Of a stretch of 64,000 nucleotides of DNA, positions 1-9,247 are shown piece by piece. Source of the DNA: an uncultured Candidatus Rokubacteria bacterium (GTDB lineage Bacteria; Methylomirabilota; Methylomirabilia; Rokubacteriales; CSP1-6); NCBI GenBank assembly GCA_963789955.1, contig CAWBMV010000012.1, positions 442,239 to 506,238 of the forward strand, read 5' to 3'. Under the pieces are notes generated by a model. That model was not told the origin of the DNA. It saw only the letters and a list, made by a program, of their open reading frames with translations, and searched no databases. The translations under genes were made by a program, and so were the position numbers. Each line of letters opens with the position of its first letter. Position 1 is the first letter of the stretch.

Positions 1-72
1 GCGCGCCCTCGGTCTCGACAACGGTCGGCTGACCCGCCGGGAGATCGTCCAGGCGGGCGACTCGGCGCCGGC

Positions 73-753
73 TCACAGCTCCTCCTTGGCCACGAAGGCG
101 CGATGCAGGCCGGTCATGTACTGCCAGCGCATCTCCGTCGCCTGGCGCACCGCTTCGATCGCCTCGGCCTGCCGTTCCGGGGTCGTGCAGTGCCGCTCGA
201 CGATCTGATAGCCCCGCTCGCCGTGGACCTCGTCCGCCTCGATGTGGATCGCGAAGAACTCGACCTCGTGGTCGGTGAAGCCGTAGTGCGTCTTGAGCGG
301 CGGGAGGTTGCGCTGGTAGATGCCGGGCACCTGGGACTCGAGGCCGACGAGCAGGCCGGCCGCCGCGACGTGGAAGGTCTGGTGCGACATCTCGAAGCAC
401 CACGCGGTGAGCCCGCGCGTCGTCGGGAGCTGCTGCTTCGACTCGACCTCGGCCCGCGAGACACCGCACGCTTCCGCGAACCGAATCAGCAGATCGACGT
501 GCTTGGTGCCCGACTCCTCCTCGATGATGTTCTCGAGGAGGAAGTCGCGCGCGTCCGGGTCCGGGCACTGCCCGTACACGGTGGCGCACCAGCGCGCGAA
601 CTGCGAGACGTACTGGTAGTGCTGGGCCGCCCACGCGCCGAGCTGGGCGCGGTTCAGCTCACCCTTGACCCACTTTTCCGTGAACGGATTCAGGCGGCTG
701 TGTCGAGCGATGACGGCGGCTTCGAGCCGCGCGCGGAACGGGCTCTTGCTCAT
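73..753 (-). CDS. Heme-oxygenase-like diiron redox enzyme (TenA/PqqC/CADD family)
   Basis: 226 aa; helical-fold motifs ENIIEEESGTKH, GLESQVP and FFAIHIEADEVH resemble CADD/PqqC metal ligands; GAGGAGG RBS upstream. Confidence 0.8.
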   Translation of the reverse strand: MSKSPFRARLEAAVIARHSRLNPFTEKWVKGELNRAQLGAWAAQHYQYVSQFARWCATVYGQCPDPDARDFLLENIIEEESGTKHVDLLIRFAEACGVSRAEVESKQQLPTTRGLTAWCFEMSHQTFHVAAAGLLVGLESQVPGIYQRNLPPLKTHYGFTDHEVEFFAIHIEADEVHGERGYQIVERHCTTPERQAEAIEAVRQATEMRWQYMTGLHRAFVAKEEL

Positions 754-841
754 GGAATCCTCCTCGTCGATGCGGAACCTAATGACATACGATCCCGACT
801 CAAGTCAAGCAAAGGTCGAGGACCGCGACGAACGAGAGGAC

Positions 842-1900
842 TTAGAGCGCGGTGACGCGGTTACGGCCGAGACGCTTGGCGTCGCCGAGCGCGCGGTGAG
901 CGGCCGCGATCAGATCGTTGGCCGAGGCCGCGTCGGCCGGCAGGCCGGCGACGCCGAAGCTGGCGGTGACCGGGCCGTGAGCGAAGGGGTGCGCCGCGAT
1001 GACCCCGCGGATGCGCTGGGAATAGGTGACGGCGCCCGCCTTGGGCGTGTTGGCGAGCAGCGCCGCGAATCCGTCGCCTTCGAGGCGCGCGATGATCGTG
1101 AAGCTCCGGGAGTGCTTGACGAGCAGCCGCGCGACCTCCCTCAGCACCTCGTCGCCCGCGGCGGAGCCGTGATCGTCGTTGAGCTGTTTGAAGTGGTCCA
1201 CGTTCAGCACGACCAGCGAGAGCGGGTGGCCGAAACGCGTGTGACGCTTGACCTCTTCGTCGATCCGCAGCGCGAAGTAGCGGTGGTTGTAGAGCTCGGT
1301 CGAGGCGTCCTTGAACGAGCGATCCTCGAGGCGCGCGTTGCGGATCGCGACGGCCGCCTGGGAGGCGAGAGCGCGGATCACTTTCTCGTCGTCGGGATCG
1401 AACGGCACGATCGCCCCCGATTCGTCCAGCGCGTTCAGGAGCTCGAGCACCCCGACGTTCCCGCCGGTCAGGTCTTGCAGCGGGACCGCGAGGACCGAGC
1501 GGGTCGAATACTCGCTGGCCGCATCGAACCGGCGGTTGAGCGCGCGCGTCTCGTGCACGCCGATCGCGTACGCGTCGGCCACGTTCACGATCTCGCCCGT
1601 CTGGGCGACGTGGCCGGCGAGGCTCGGCTCGGTCAGCCGCAGGGGCTCGGACTGGAGCCGTTGCTGCATCGCGACCGTGCCGAGCTTCTGCTGGAGGAAG
1701 TCGTTCTGCACGATCGCGAAGCGGAGGTGATCGCCTTCCCGGAGGAACAAGGTGCCGCCTTCGGCCCGCGTGAACCGGCGTGCCGCGTCGAGAATTCGCT
1801 CGAGCAAGGCATACAGGTCGTGCTCCGTGGTGAGGGCGAGCCCGATGTCGAGGAGCTCCTCGACGAGCTGGCCGCGATCGGTCATCGTCTGCGGACTCAC
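842..1900 (-). CDS. GAF + degenerate GGDEF domain protein
   Basis: GAF (LLERILDAARRFTRAEGGTLFL) followed by a GGDEF fold whose signature reads RLEGDGF, with LNVDHFK at the first metal site; GTGA overlap with the upstream paralog. Confidence 0.85.
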   Translation of the reverse strand: MSPQTMTDRGQLVEELLDIGLALTTEHDLYALLERILDAARRFTRAEGGTLFLREGDHLRFAIVQNDFLQQKLGTVAMQQRLQSEPLRLTEPSLAGHVAQTGEIVNVADAYAIGVHETRALNRRFDAASEYSTRSVLAVPLQDLTGGNVGVLELLNALDESGAIVPFDPDDEKVIRALASQAAVAIRNARLEDRSFKDASTELYNHRYFALRIDEEVKRHTRFGHPLSLVVLNVDHFKQLNDDHGSAAGDEVLREVARLLVKHSRSFTIIARLEGDGFAALLANTPKAGAVTYSQRIRGVIAAHPFAHGPVTASFGVAGLPADAASANDLIAAAHRALGDAKRLGRNRVTAL

Positions 1901-2934
1901 TGAACGGCGACTCGATTCCGGCCGAGACGCTTGGCGTCGTAGAGAGCCTGATCGGCCGCGACGATGAGATCGTCCACCGTCGTGGCGTCTTCCGGGAGGC
2001 TGGCGATGCCGAGGCTGACGGTGACCGGGCCGTGCGCGAAGGCGTGCTGCTCGACGACGGCGCGGATGCGCTCGGCGTACGTGAGGCCACCCGCCTTCGC
2101 GGTGTTGACGAGGATGATCGCGAACTCGTCACCGCCGTACCGGGTCACGATGCTGAAGCTCCGCGAGTGTTTCACGAGGAGCTGGGCGACGTCGCGCAGG
2201 GCTTGGTCGCCGGCCCGATGGCCGAATCGATCGTTGACCTCTTTGAAGTGGTCGAGATCCATCAGGGCCAGCGAGAGCGGCTCGCCGAAGCGGCAGTGAC
2301 GCTTGAACTCCTCCTCCATGCGGATCGTGAAGTAGCGGCGGTTGTACACGTCCGTCAGGGCGTCCTTGAAGGAGAGATCTTCGAGCCTGGCGTTGCGAAG
2401 CGCGACGGCGGCCTGCGACGCCAGCGAGCGCACGAGGCCCTCGTACTGCGAGTCGAAGGGCACGACGCGGCCCCGGTCGAGCGCGTTGATCAGCTCGAGC
2501 ACACCCAGGATGTTGTTCGCCGGATCCTGGAGCGGGACCACCAGGATCGACTGGGTGCGATAGTTCAGCCGGGTGTCGACTCGCGGATCGAACGAGTAGG
2601 GCCGATCGGGCGGGATCATGTACGTGTCGTGCAGGTTGAGGATGTCACCGGTGAGCGCGACGTGCCCCGCGAGGCTGAGCTCCCGGAGACTGAGCGGGTC
2701 GGCTTGGAGGCGGCGGCGCATCTCTTCTTGACCGAGCTCGCGCGCGAGCTTGTCGTTCTGGACGACCGAGAAGCGAAGCTGGTCCCCTTCGCGCAGGAAC
2801 AACGTCCCAGCCTCGGCGCGCGTGAACCGGCGGGCCTCGGTGAGGATGCGCTCGAGGAGGGTTCCCAGGTCCTGCTCGCTGGTCAGAGTGATCCCGATCT
2901 GGACGAGCTCTCTGAACGCCTGGGTCATGTTCAA
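1897..2934 (-). CDS. GAF sensor diguanylate cyclase
   Basis: Intact DALTDVYNRR, MDLDHFKEVND and RYGGDEF motifs; start TTG 2934 or ATG 2928. Confidence 0.9.
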   Translation of the reverse strand: MNMTQAFRELVQIGITLTSEQDLGTLLERILTEARRFTRAEAGTLFLREGDQLRFSVVQNDKLARELGQEEMRRRLQADPLSLRELSLAGHVALTGDILNLHDTYMIPPDRPYSFDPRVDTRLNYRTQSILVVPLQDPANNILGVLELINALDRGRVVPFDSQYEGLVRSLASQAAVALRNARLEDLSFKDALTDVYNRRYFTIRMEEEFKRHCRFGEPLSLALMDLDHFKEVNDRFGHRAGDQALRDVAQLLVKHSRSFSIVTRYGGDEFAIILVNTAKAGGLTYAERIRAVVEQHAFAHGPVTVSLGIASLPEDATTVDDLIVAADQALYDAKRLGRNRVAVQ

Positions 2935-3056
2935 CGTCGGTCACTCCGGTTGCTGCAGGGCTCTTCGCCCGCCACCGTGTCCGCCGTCCGCATCGGCCGC
3001 CTCCAGGAACTCCACCCTCGGGAAACCGCGAGCCACACTAGTACGATGTACAGCTA

Positions 3057-3072
3057 AGCAATCGAGATGCCA
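3057..3072 (-). promoter_or_regulatory. Sigma54 (-24/-12) promoter for the GGDEF operon
   Basis: Minus strand TGGCATCTCGATTGCT, exact GG-N10-GC spacing. Confidence 0.75.
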
Positions 3073-3190
3073 GTAAGGCCACGATTCCTCATATACGGAA
3101 ATACGTTTTAAATCATAAACATCGGAAAAGTCTGAATTGACCCTTCGAACGCTCTTTGGCAACTCCCTGACCAAGTAAATTCTCATCGTT

Positions 3191-3205
3191 GACAAATAAT
3201 TTGTC
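3191..3205. promoter_or_regulatory. Palindromic operator / enhancer-like site
   Basis: GACAAAT-A-ATTTGTC in an AT-rich intergenic region, ~120 bp from both divergent promoter candidates. Confidence 0.55.
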
Positions 3206-3319
3206 GCCACCAGGCACGGCGGTGACAGGTCGGCGGTCAGAAGTGTCACGCTGGCTCGTCGGCGACTTCGACGTGGCTACAACGCCCCGTTTTCGTTGCA
3301 GTGAATGCTAGTTCTACGC

Positions 3320-3336
3320 TGGCACACGCCGTTGCT
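3320..3336 (+). promoter_or_regulatory. Possible sigma54 promoter (spacing off by one)
   Basis: TGGCACACGCCGTTGCT has GG-N11-GC; it fits only if one base is an insertion error. Confidence 0.35.
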
Positions 3337-3357
3337 TGATCGGTTGGGGATGCTCCG

Positions 3358-5282
3358 ATGAAGCTGACATTCAAGCGCCGCGAAGTTTCAGACCTGCAGC
3401 ATCTCAGGGCCCTCGTGTCGGACAACTCCGACGCGATGGAGCCCGGTCTCAAGATCCTCGCGTCGAATCTGAATCTCGGTCGTACGACGGTCGATCTCGC
3501 CGCGATCGACGCCCAGGACCGCCCGGTTCTGTTCGTGCTCGGTCTCACCGCGGACGACGCCATGCTCGTGCGAGCCCTCGAGGCGTACGCGTGGTGTCTC
3601 GAGTATCCCGAGTCGATTCAGCGCCTCGTGCCTGCGAGCGTGCGGCCCGGCTGGCCCCCGCGTATCGTGTTCGTCGCCGAGCGGCTCCTCGAGGCCTTCG
3701 TTCGCAAGATGCGGCTGCTGAGCTTCTCCGCGGTCGATTGTTTCGAGTTTCGCTACGTCGAGGCCAACGGCACCGCCGGGTTCTATCTCGATCGCGTCGA
3801 CTGGGCGCCGGGCGTCGCCGAGACCGCCACGGCGCGGTCCGACCGAGCCGCGCTCCCCGCGGCCGACGAGCGGGTCGAGCTCCGCGAGGAATCGAGAATC
3901 GCGCCGCCGCGAAGAGCCGCGCGTCGCGCCGCGAGAAGAAATCCGGCGCGAGATCGCGCGTTGCCGCGGGAGGAATCGAGAGCGGTGCCCCGCGAAGAGA
4001 GGGCGGTGCCTCGCGAAGAGCGAACGGTGCCTCGCGAGGAGAGAGTGGTGCGCTGCGCGAGGAGCCGAAGGTCGTGCTCCTGCGCGAGGAGGTTCGCGAC
4101 GACGACCACGGCGGATCCGACGAGGAGCCGCTCGAGGACGAAGTCGTCGAGCTGCGCGAGGAGCTCGAGGAGGAGCCGAAGGTCACACCGCGTGACGAGC
4201 CGAAGGTGATTCCGCTCGTCCCGGTCGACGAGCCGCGCATCGTCATGCTCCATGAGACCAAGGCGGCGCCGCGGAGCATCGAGCCGGCGCCGACGAACGG
4301 CGCCCGCAAAGCGGACGCGAACGAGCGGCCGGAGCAGCGCGAGCGGCCGGAGCGCTCGCCGGTCTTGCTGAAGGGACTGCGCCCGCCCTCCGACGCTCCG
4401 CCGCGACGGCGCTCGCGCGAGGTGCCCGATCTGCTGCGGCCCTCGGCCGAGCAGCGACCGTCGAGCCCGCGCGAAGCCCCCAGCCCCCGGCACCCGCCGC
4501 GCCCGCGGCCTCGCGTGCTCCGCACGTCGAGCCGAAGGTGACCCCGGCGCCCGGTTCCCGAGTTTCGCAGTCTGCTGGCGTCGAGCAACGAGCGAAGAAC
4601 GATGCCGCGCGAGTGGATGCTTCGCGAAACGGGTCGAAAGAGCGACGGCGCGCGAACCGAGGCCCCCAAGGGCGATCTCGCGCCGACATGGCGGAAATTC
4701 CTGGATCGGCTGACGAGCACGTTCGACGCGCGGACGGGCGCGGTGCCGGAGCCTCCGCGGGCCGCCGCTCCGCCCTCGACGCCGGCCGCCCCGCCGTCAT
4801 TGACGCTCCAGCCCTTCGCGGCCGACATCGAGGTCCAGGCCCACGAGGTCGCGCCCGACGAGGTGGTGGACGAGTCTTCAGAGTCTGTCGCCGAGGTGTC
4901 CGACAAGCAGCGCCGCGTCCTGCAGGGCGTGACCATGCCGGACAACGGAGAGCTCGCGCCACAGTGGCGGAAGTTCCTCGATCACCCGACGCTCGACGAG
5001 ACAAAGATCGGGGTGGTGCGCGGATATCTCCAGCGTGAGTTCCCGCTGTGCACCGTCTACGACTTCTACGACTTCCAGCGCAACGCTCAGGTCTTCCAGC
5101 TCCAGGACAACCACGGGAAGGTCACGCAGCTGATCACGATGACCGCGGAGTTCTTCGATAGCCATCGTGATCTCGAGATCAGGGCGTGGATCGAGAAGCA
5201 CCGGCTGGCCCAGGCGATGCGGCAAGCCGGCCAGGCCGGCGTGCTGGTCTCGCAGGCCGGTCTTCAGATCGAGAAGCGGTAG
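3358..5282 (+). CDS. Large hypothetical protein, frameshift-split: NucS/DUF91-like N-terminus, REE/EPKV low-complexity repeats, globular C-terminus
   Basis: The same repeat vocabulary (PREE, EPKV) continues across ORFs 3358, 3336, 4538 and 4602, implying one gene with indels near 3910, 4050 and 4510-4550. Confidence 0.55.
3982..4050 (+). repeat. 21-bp coding tandem repeat (AVPREER units)
   Basis: gcggtgccccgcgaagagagg / gcggtgcctcgcgaagagcga / acggtgcctcgcgaggagaga. Confidence 0.8.
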
Positions 5283-5298
5283 GCTGTTCCGGCCGCCG

Positions 5299-5733
5299 CT
5301 AGCTTTCCCACCTCCAGTAGAGCGCCTTCTCCGGAGCGATGCGGATCACCGTGGCGGCCTCGCGATCGAGCCCCATCACGCGGTACTGCGCGTATTTGGC
5401 CAGCAGGAGATCGACGGCGCCCGCCCGCTCGGGCCCTTCGGTGAGAATGTCGGCTCGTCCCTGGACGATCACCCAGCAGAGGTGTGACCACTCCTCGTCG
5501 TAGCGGTCGACGGTGAGGGACACGCGCGGGTTCTCGGCGATGTTGCGGATGCGCCGAAGCTGGCGCGCCTCCAGACGCTTGGGCTTCGCGTCGATCGCGG
5601 AGAAACACGCCTGCCCGTCGAACGCGTAGCACACCGGGACGACCAGTGGCTGCCCCGCCCGGTCCGCCGTGCCGAGCCGCGCGACGCGGCTCTGATAGAG
5701 CAGCTCGGCGGCGAAGGCGGGGAGGTCGTTCAC
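5299..5733 (-). CDS. PPOX-class F420-dependent oxidoreductase (pyridoxamine 5'-phosphate oxidase-like)
   Basis: RVARLGTAD..PLVVPVCY..IDAKPK..RNIAENPRVSLTVDRYDEEW; GTG 5733 overlaps the LLM stop (GTGA). Confidence 0.85.
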   Translation of the reverse strand: MNDLPAFAAELLYQSRVARLGTADRAGQPLVVPVCYAFDGQACFSAIDAKPKRLEARQLRRIRNIAENPRVSLTVDRYDEEWSHLCWVIVQGRADILTEGPERAGAVDLLLAKYAQYRVMGLDREAATVIRIAPEKALYWRWES

Positions 5734-6566
5734 CGAATCAGCTTGGCGTACTGGTCCAGGAGCGGGAGCACCGCGTCCCGGCCCTCCGACGGCAGTCGCA
5801 GGATCGCCCGCGTGATCCCGGCCCCGGCGTACGAGTCGAGCGTGGCGCGCTCGGCCTTCGCGCCGAAGACCGAGACCGAGATCTTCGCCGCGTCGCGACC
5901 GGCGCGCGCCGCGCGCGCTTTCAGATCGGCGAGCCCCGGCAGAATCGCGTCGGCGTTGCGTCCGCGCGGGAACCACCCGTCGCAGAAATCCACCACGCGC
6001 TGCAAGGTGTGGCCGCTCTCGCCGCCCAGCAGGATCGGCGGGTGGGGCTTCTGCGCCGGCTTCGGGTACGACCAGATCGGATCGAAGTGGACGAACTCCC
6101 CGTGGTACTTCGCCTCGTCCTTCGTCCAGATCTCCTTCATCGCGAGGATCCGCTCGCGGAGGAGACGGAACCGCGTCTTGAACTCGGTGCCGTGGTTCTC
6201 CATTTCTTCGGCGTTCCAGCCGGCTCCGATGCCGAACAAGAAGCGCCCATTCGAGAGCAGATCGAGGCTGGCGATCGTCTTGGCGAGCGTGATCGGGTCG
6301 TGCTCGATGACGAGACAGATGCCGGTCCCGATCTTCAGATTCTTCGTCGCGGCCGCCGCGGCCATGAGCCCGATGAACGGGTCGAGCGTGTGCGAATACT
6401 CCTTGGGCAATGGGCCGCCGCCCGCGAACGGCGAGCGCCGGCTCGTCGGAATGTGCGTGTGCTCGGTCACGAACAGGGACTCGAACCCGCGCTCCTCGGC
6501 CGCGCGCGCCAGCTCGTCGATCCGGATCGAGTAGTCAGTCGGGAAGATGAACACGCCGTGGTGCAT
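5730..6566 (-). CDS. LLM-class F420-dependent oxidoreductase
   Basis: AEERGFESLFVTEHTHIP, LDLLSNGRFLFGIGAGWN and PKPAQKPHPPILLGG. Confidence 0.9.
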   Translation of the reverse strand: MHHGVFIFPTDYSIRIDELARAAEERGFESLFVTEHTHIPTSRRSPFAGGGPLPKEYSHTLDPFIGLMAAAAATKNLKIGTGICLVIEHDPITLAKTIASLDLLSNGRFLFGIGAGWNAEEMENHGTEFKTRFRLLRERILAMKEIWTKDEAKYHGEFVHFDPIWSYPKPAQKPHPPILLGGESGHTLQRVVDFCDGWFPRGRNADAILPGLADLKARAARAGRDAAKISVSVFGAKAERATLDSYAGAGITRAILRLPSEGRDAVLPLLDQYAKLIR

Positions 6567-6600
6567 GATTTCTCCTAGGGGTGCCGCGCGAGCTCGGGGC

Positions 6601-7545
6601 TCACGCGAAGATGGTTTCGGGCAGACACGCCGACACGATCCAGTTCGGCGCGTCGACGATCTCGCTGATCTTGAGGTCGACCGCGACGCTGCAGAGGATA
6701 TAGGCCTCCTCGCGGCCGAGCCCGCGCTCCTCGACCAGGTGGTCGATCATGTAGCGGATCGCCTGCTGCGCGTTGGCGAAGAGATCAGGGCCGTTCGCCG
6801 TCGTCACGTAGCAGGGTCCGCGCTCGAGCCCGGAGAGGATCGGCCCGCGTGTCCGGAATCGAGGCTCGCGGAAGCCCCGCCCGGACTCGAGGCCGAATCG
6901 CAAGGTGACCTGCGCCATCATCTCGATCGCGGTGACACAGACCTCGCCGTCGCCCTGCGCCGCGTGGGCATCGCCGACACTGAACAGCGCGCCGTCCACC
7001 CACACGGGCAGGAGCAGGGTCGTGCCCGCCACCAGCTGCTTGATGTCCATGTTGCCGCCGTTCTTCCGGGGCGGCATCGTGCTGTGCCCGCCGGGCTCGT
7101 CGAGGGCGACGCCCATCACGCCCGGGAATGGCGCGATCGGAACGCGGACTCGGATATCGCGGCCCATGCGCGCATGGCTGCCCTCGGTCAGATCCCAGAT
7201 GTTCAGGAAGGGCTTCGGGAACTCGGCTTCCGGCATCAGGCCTCGTCCGGGGCGAATCGCGGTCCAGCCGAACGCAGCCGCGGGCTTCACGTCGAGGATC
7301 TCGACCGTGAGCACGTCACCCGGACGGGCGCCCCGGACGGCGACGGGTCCGGTGAGGGGATGACCTCGAAACGGCCCCCGCGCGAGGACATCGGAGTGCG
7401 TCGACTTCGGCGAGTAGTAGCCGTCGGCGGCATCGCGGGTGTCGAACACCACGGTGTCGCCCGGATCGATCGTGAGCCGCGGGGCCAGCGAGTTGTTCCA
7501 TTCACGGTGAACGGTATCCCGATCGAGATGATGCGTGGTCGCCAT
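6601..7545 (-). CDS. Acetamidase/formamidase family protein
   Basis: GHPLTGPVAVRGARPGD, NGGNMD and GDAHAAQGDGEVCVTAIE. Confidence 0.9.
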   Translation of the reverse strand: MATTHHLDRDTVHREWNNSLAPRLTIDPGDTVVFDTRDAADGYYSPKSTHSDVLARGPFRGHPLTGPVAVRGARPGDVLTVEILDVKPAAAFGWTAIRPGRGLMPEAEFPKPFLNIWDLTEGSHARMGRDIRVRVPIAPFPGVMGVALDEPGGHSTMPPRKNGGNMDIKQLVAGTTLLLPVWVDGALFSVGDAHAAQGDGEVCVTAIEMMAQVTLRFGLESGRGFREPRFRTRGPILSGLERGPCYVTTANGPDLFANAQQAIRYMIDHLVEERGLGREEAYILCSVAVDLKISEIVDAPNWIVSACLPETIFA

Positions 7546-7563
7546 CGGCTCACCCTCCTCCTG

Positions 7564-8406
7564 TCATCGCGCCATCTCGTTCCACACGACCATGCCGGTC
7601 CCCGACCGCCACGCGACCGCGGGCATGTAGGCGAGGACGTCCGCCGGCCCGCGGGTGAAGGCCATCACCAGGACCCAGGCGAGTAGCTCGGCGGTGCCGC
7701 CCGAGCCGGCTTCTTCCATGCGCTCGAGCGTGCACTCGCGGAGCAACGTCGCGTGGTCGCCGCGCTTGAGCAAGTCGAGGAACCACCGATCGAACTCTTC
7801 GTCGACCCAGAAATAGCGCGGTCCGCCCGGCTCGTGCGAGAGCCCGCCGGTCGCGACGACCGCGACGCGCTCGTGGCCGGGATAGTCCTTGAGCATGTCG
7901 CGCATGATCGTGCCGACTTGATAGGCGCGCTCGGGCGTGGGGATCGGCGGCACCGTGCAGTTCATCGTGACCGGGACCAGCCGGAACTGCGCGTCCGGGT
8001 TCAGATAGTGGGTCGGCACGGAGATGCCGTCGTCGTATTGCATCTCACGCAGGTAGGAGAGCGCCAGCCTGCGGCGCGCGCCTTCGTTGACGAGCCAGCG
8101 TGCGATTCCGGGGTGGCCGGGCACGCGGTACTTTTCCATCGCGAGCCACTCGTCGAACCATTCGGCGGGGCCGACGTGCTCCTCGGCGATCCCCACCGTG
8201 TACTCGGGCACGTTGTTGATGGGCCAGTTGAGCAAGTGGTCGTTGCTGAACATCACGACGACGTCGGGTCGAGCGGCCACCAGCCGGCGCCGCATCTCGG
8301 CCGTCGCCTGGAGCGCGAGCTGCTGATACTCCTGAGAGGCGCGCGAGAACCACCCGGTGAGCCCGGGCGAGTGCGTCATGGCCATCGCGGCGACGATCTC
8401 CGCCAT
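7564..8406 (-). CDS. LigB-like extradiol ring-cleavage dioxygenase catalytic subunit
   Basis: THSPG, FSNDH, ATGGLSHEPGG and AELLAW motifs; own ATG with GAGG upstream. Confidence 0.85.
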   Translation of the reverse strand: MAEIVAAMAMTHSPGLTGWFSRASQEYQQLALQATAEMRRRLVAARPDVVVMFSNDHLLNWPINNVPEYTVGIAEEHVGPAEWFDEWLAMEKYRVPGHPGIARWLVNEGARRRLALSYLREMQYDDGISVPTHYLNPDAQFRLVPVTMNCTVPPIPTPERAYQVGTIMRDMLKDYPGHERVAVVATGGLSHEPGGPRYFWVDEEFDRWFLDLLKRGDHATLLRECTLERMEEAGSGGTAELLAWVLVMAFTRGPADVLAYMPAVAWRSGTGMVVWNEMAR

Positions 8407-8751
8407 TACTCGACCTCGCTCGAGCCGGGCCTGGAGTGCCATCGCCTTCGCCGTCTCCTCCGGGAATGCGCGCTGGTAGCACTCGAGCGCGGCGCTCGCG
8501 TTGCTGTTGTGCGCGGCGCCGAAGAACAGGCGGAGAATCTGCGGGACGTAGTACTGATGGACGCCGAGGTCCATCATGCGCTTGGGATCCTTGTCGCGGA
8601 CGGCCTCGTATTCGGCGCGACTCAGGCCGAACTCACGGGCGATGCCCTCGAGGTCGGTGAGAAAGCGTGCTCGCAGCGCGGCATCACGCCGGACGTGATA
8701 GATCATCTCGTTCGTCGGCAGGGTCTTGTCGCAGCGCTCGACGTTCCCCAT
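8407..8751 (-). CDS. LigA-like dioxygenase small subunit (reads in-frame into LigB as assembled)
   Basis: RARFLTD..REFGLSRAEYEAVRDKD..DLGVH resembles LigA; junction sequence contains TAATG. Confidence 0.65.
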
Positions 8752-9126
8752 TCAGCTCCCTCCGGCCCTGAGCACCTTGGGGTTGATCTTGAGAAACATG
8801 ATCACGCAGCGCTCGCGGCCGAGATTGCGGACGTCGTGCGGCACGTTGGCGGGAAACTTCACGATCGCGCCGGCCGGCACGACCACCTCGTCCCCGTTGA
8901 TGCTCATGTTCGCGGTGCCCTCGAGGACGTAGATGGCCTCTTCCTCGCGCGGATGACTGTGCATGACCGTCGACTGGCCCGGCTCGTAGCAGGCGATCTC
9001 CGACCAGAGCTGGTCGGTCTTGAAGAGCATCTTGCGGACGCGCTTGTCGGAGGCGAACGCCTTCAGCGCGTTGAGATCGAAGACCTGGGCGACGCCGGTC
9101 GTCGTGGCAACCGCGGTTTCGTCCAT
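8752..9126 (-). CDS. Cupin domain protein
   Basis: MHSHPREEEAIYVLEG and FPANVPHDVRN; ATG 9126 with GAGAGG RBS. Confidence 0.85.
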   Translation of the reverse strand: MDETAVATTTGVAQVFDLNALKAFASDKRVRKMLFKTDQLWSEIACYEPGQSTVMHSHPREEEAIYVLEGTANMSINGDEVVVPAGAIVKFPANVPHDVRNLGRERCVIMFLKINPKVLRAGGS

Positions 9127-9247
9127 CGGCAACCTCTCCTCGAAGAGACTGGTGGACGACAGTTTACCTCGGATCGGGCGACCGTACCCTTGACTTGGCG
9201 CGAGTTTGGATCGACAGTGCCTCGTCGATTCGACCGACACGAAAGAC

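Noticed and set aside
2935..3050. c-di-GMP riboswitch ahead of the cyclases
   Set aside because: No GEMM-type two-stem GAAA tetraloop/receptor pattern recognisable on the coding strand
3880..4260. CRISPR array
   Set aside because: Repeats are codon-phased and degenerate, lack unique spacers, and no cas genes are present
4539..4541. TGA readthrough joining ORFs 3336 and 4602
   Set aside because: The alternate frame reads HVEPKVTP, matching the protein's own EPKVTP repeat, so compensating indels explain it better
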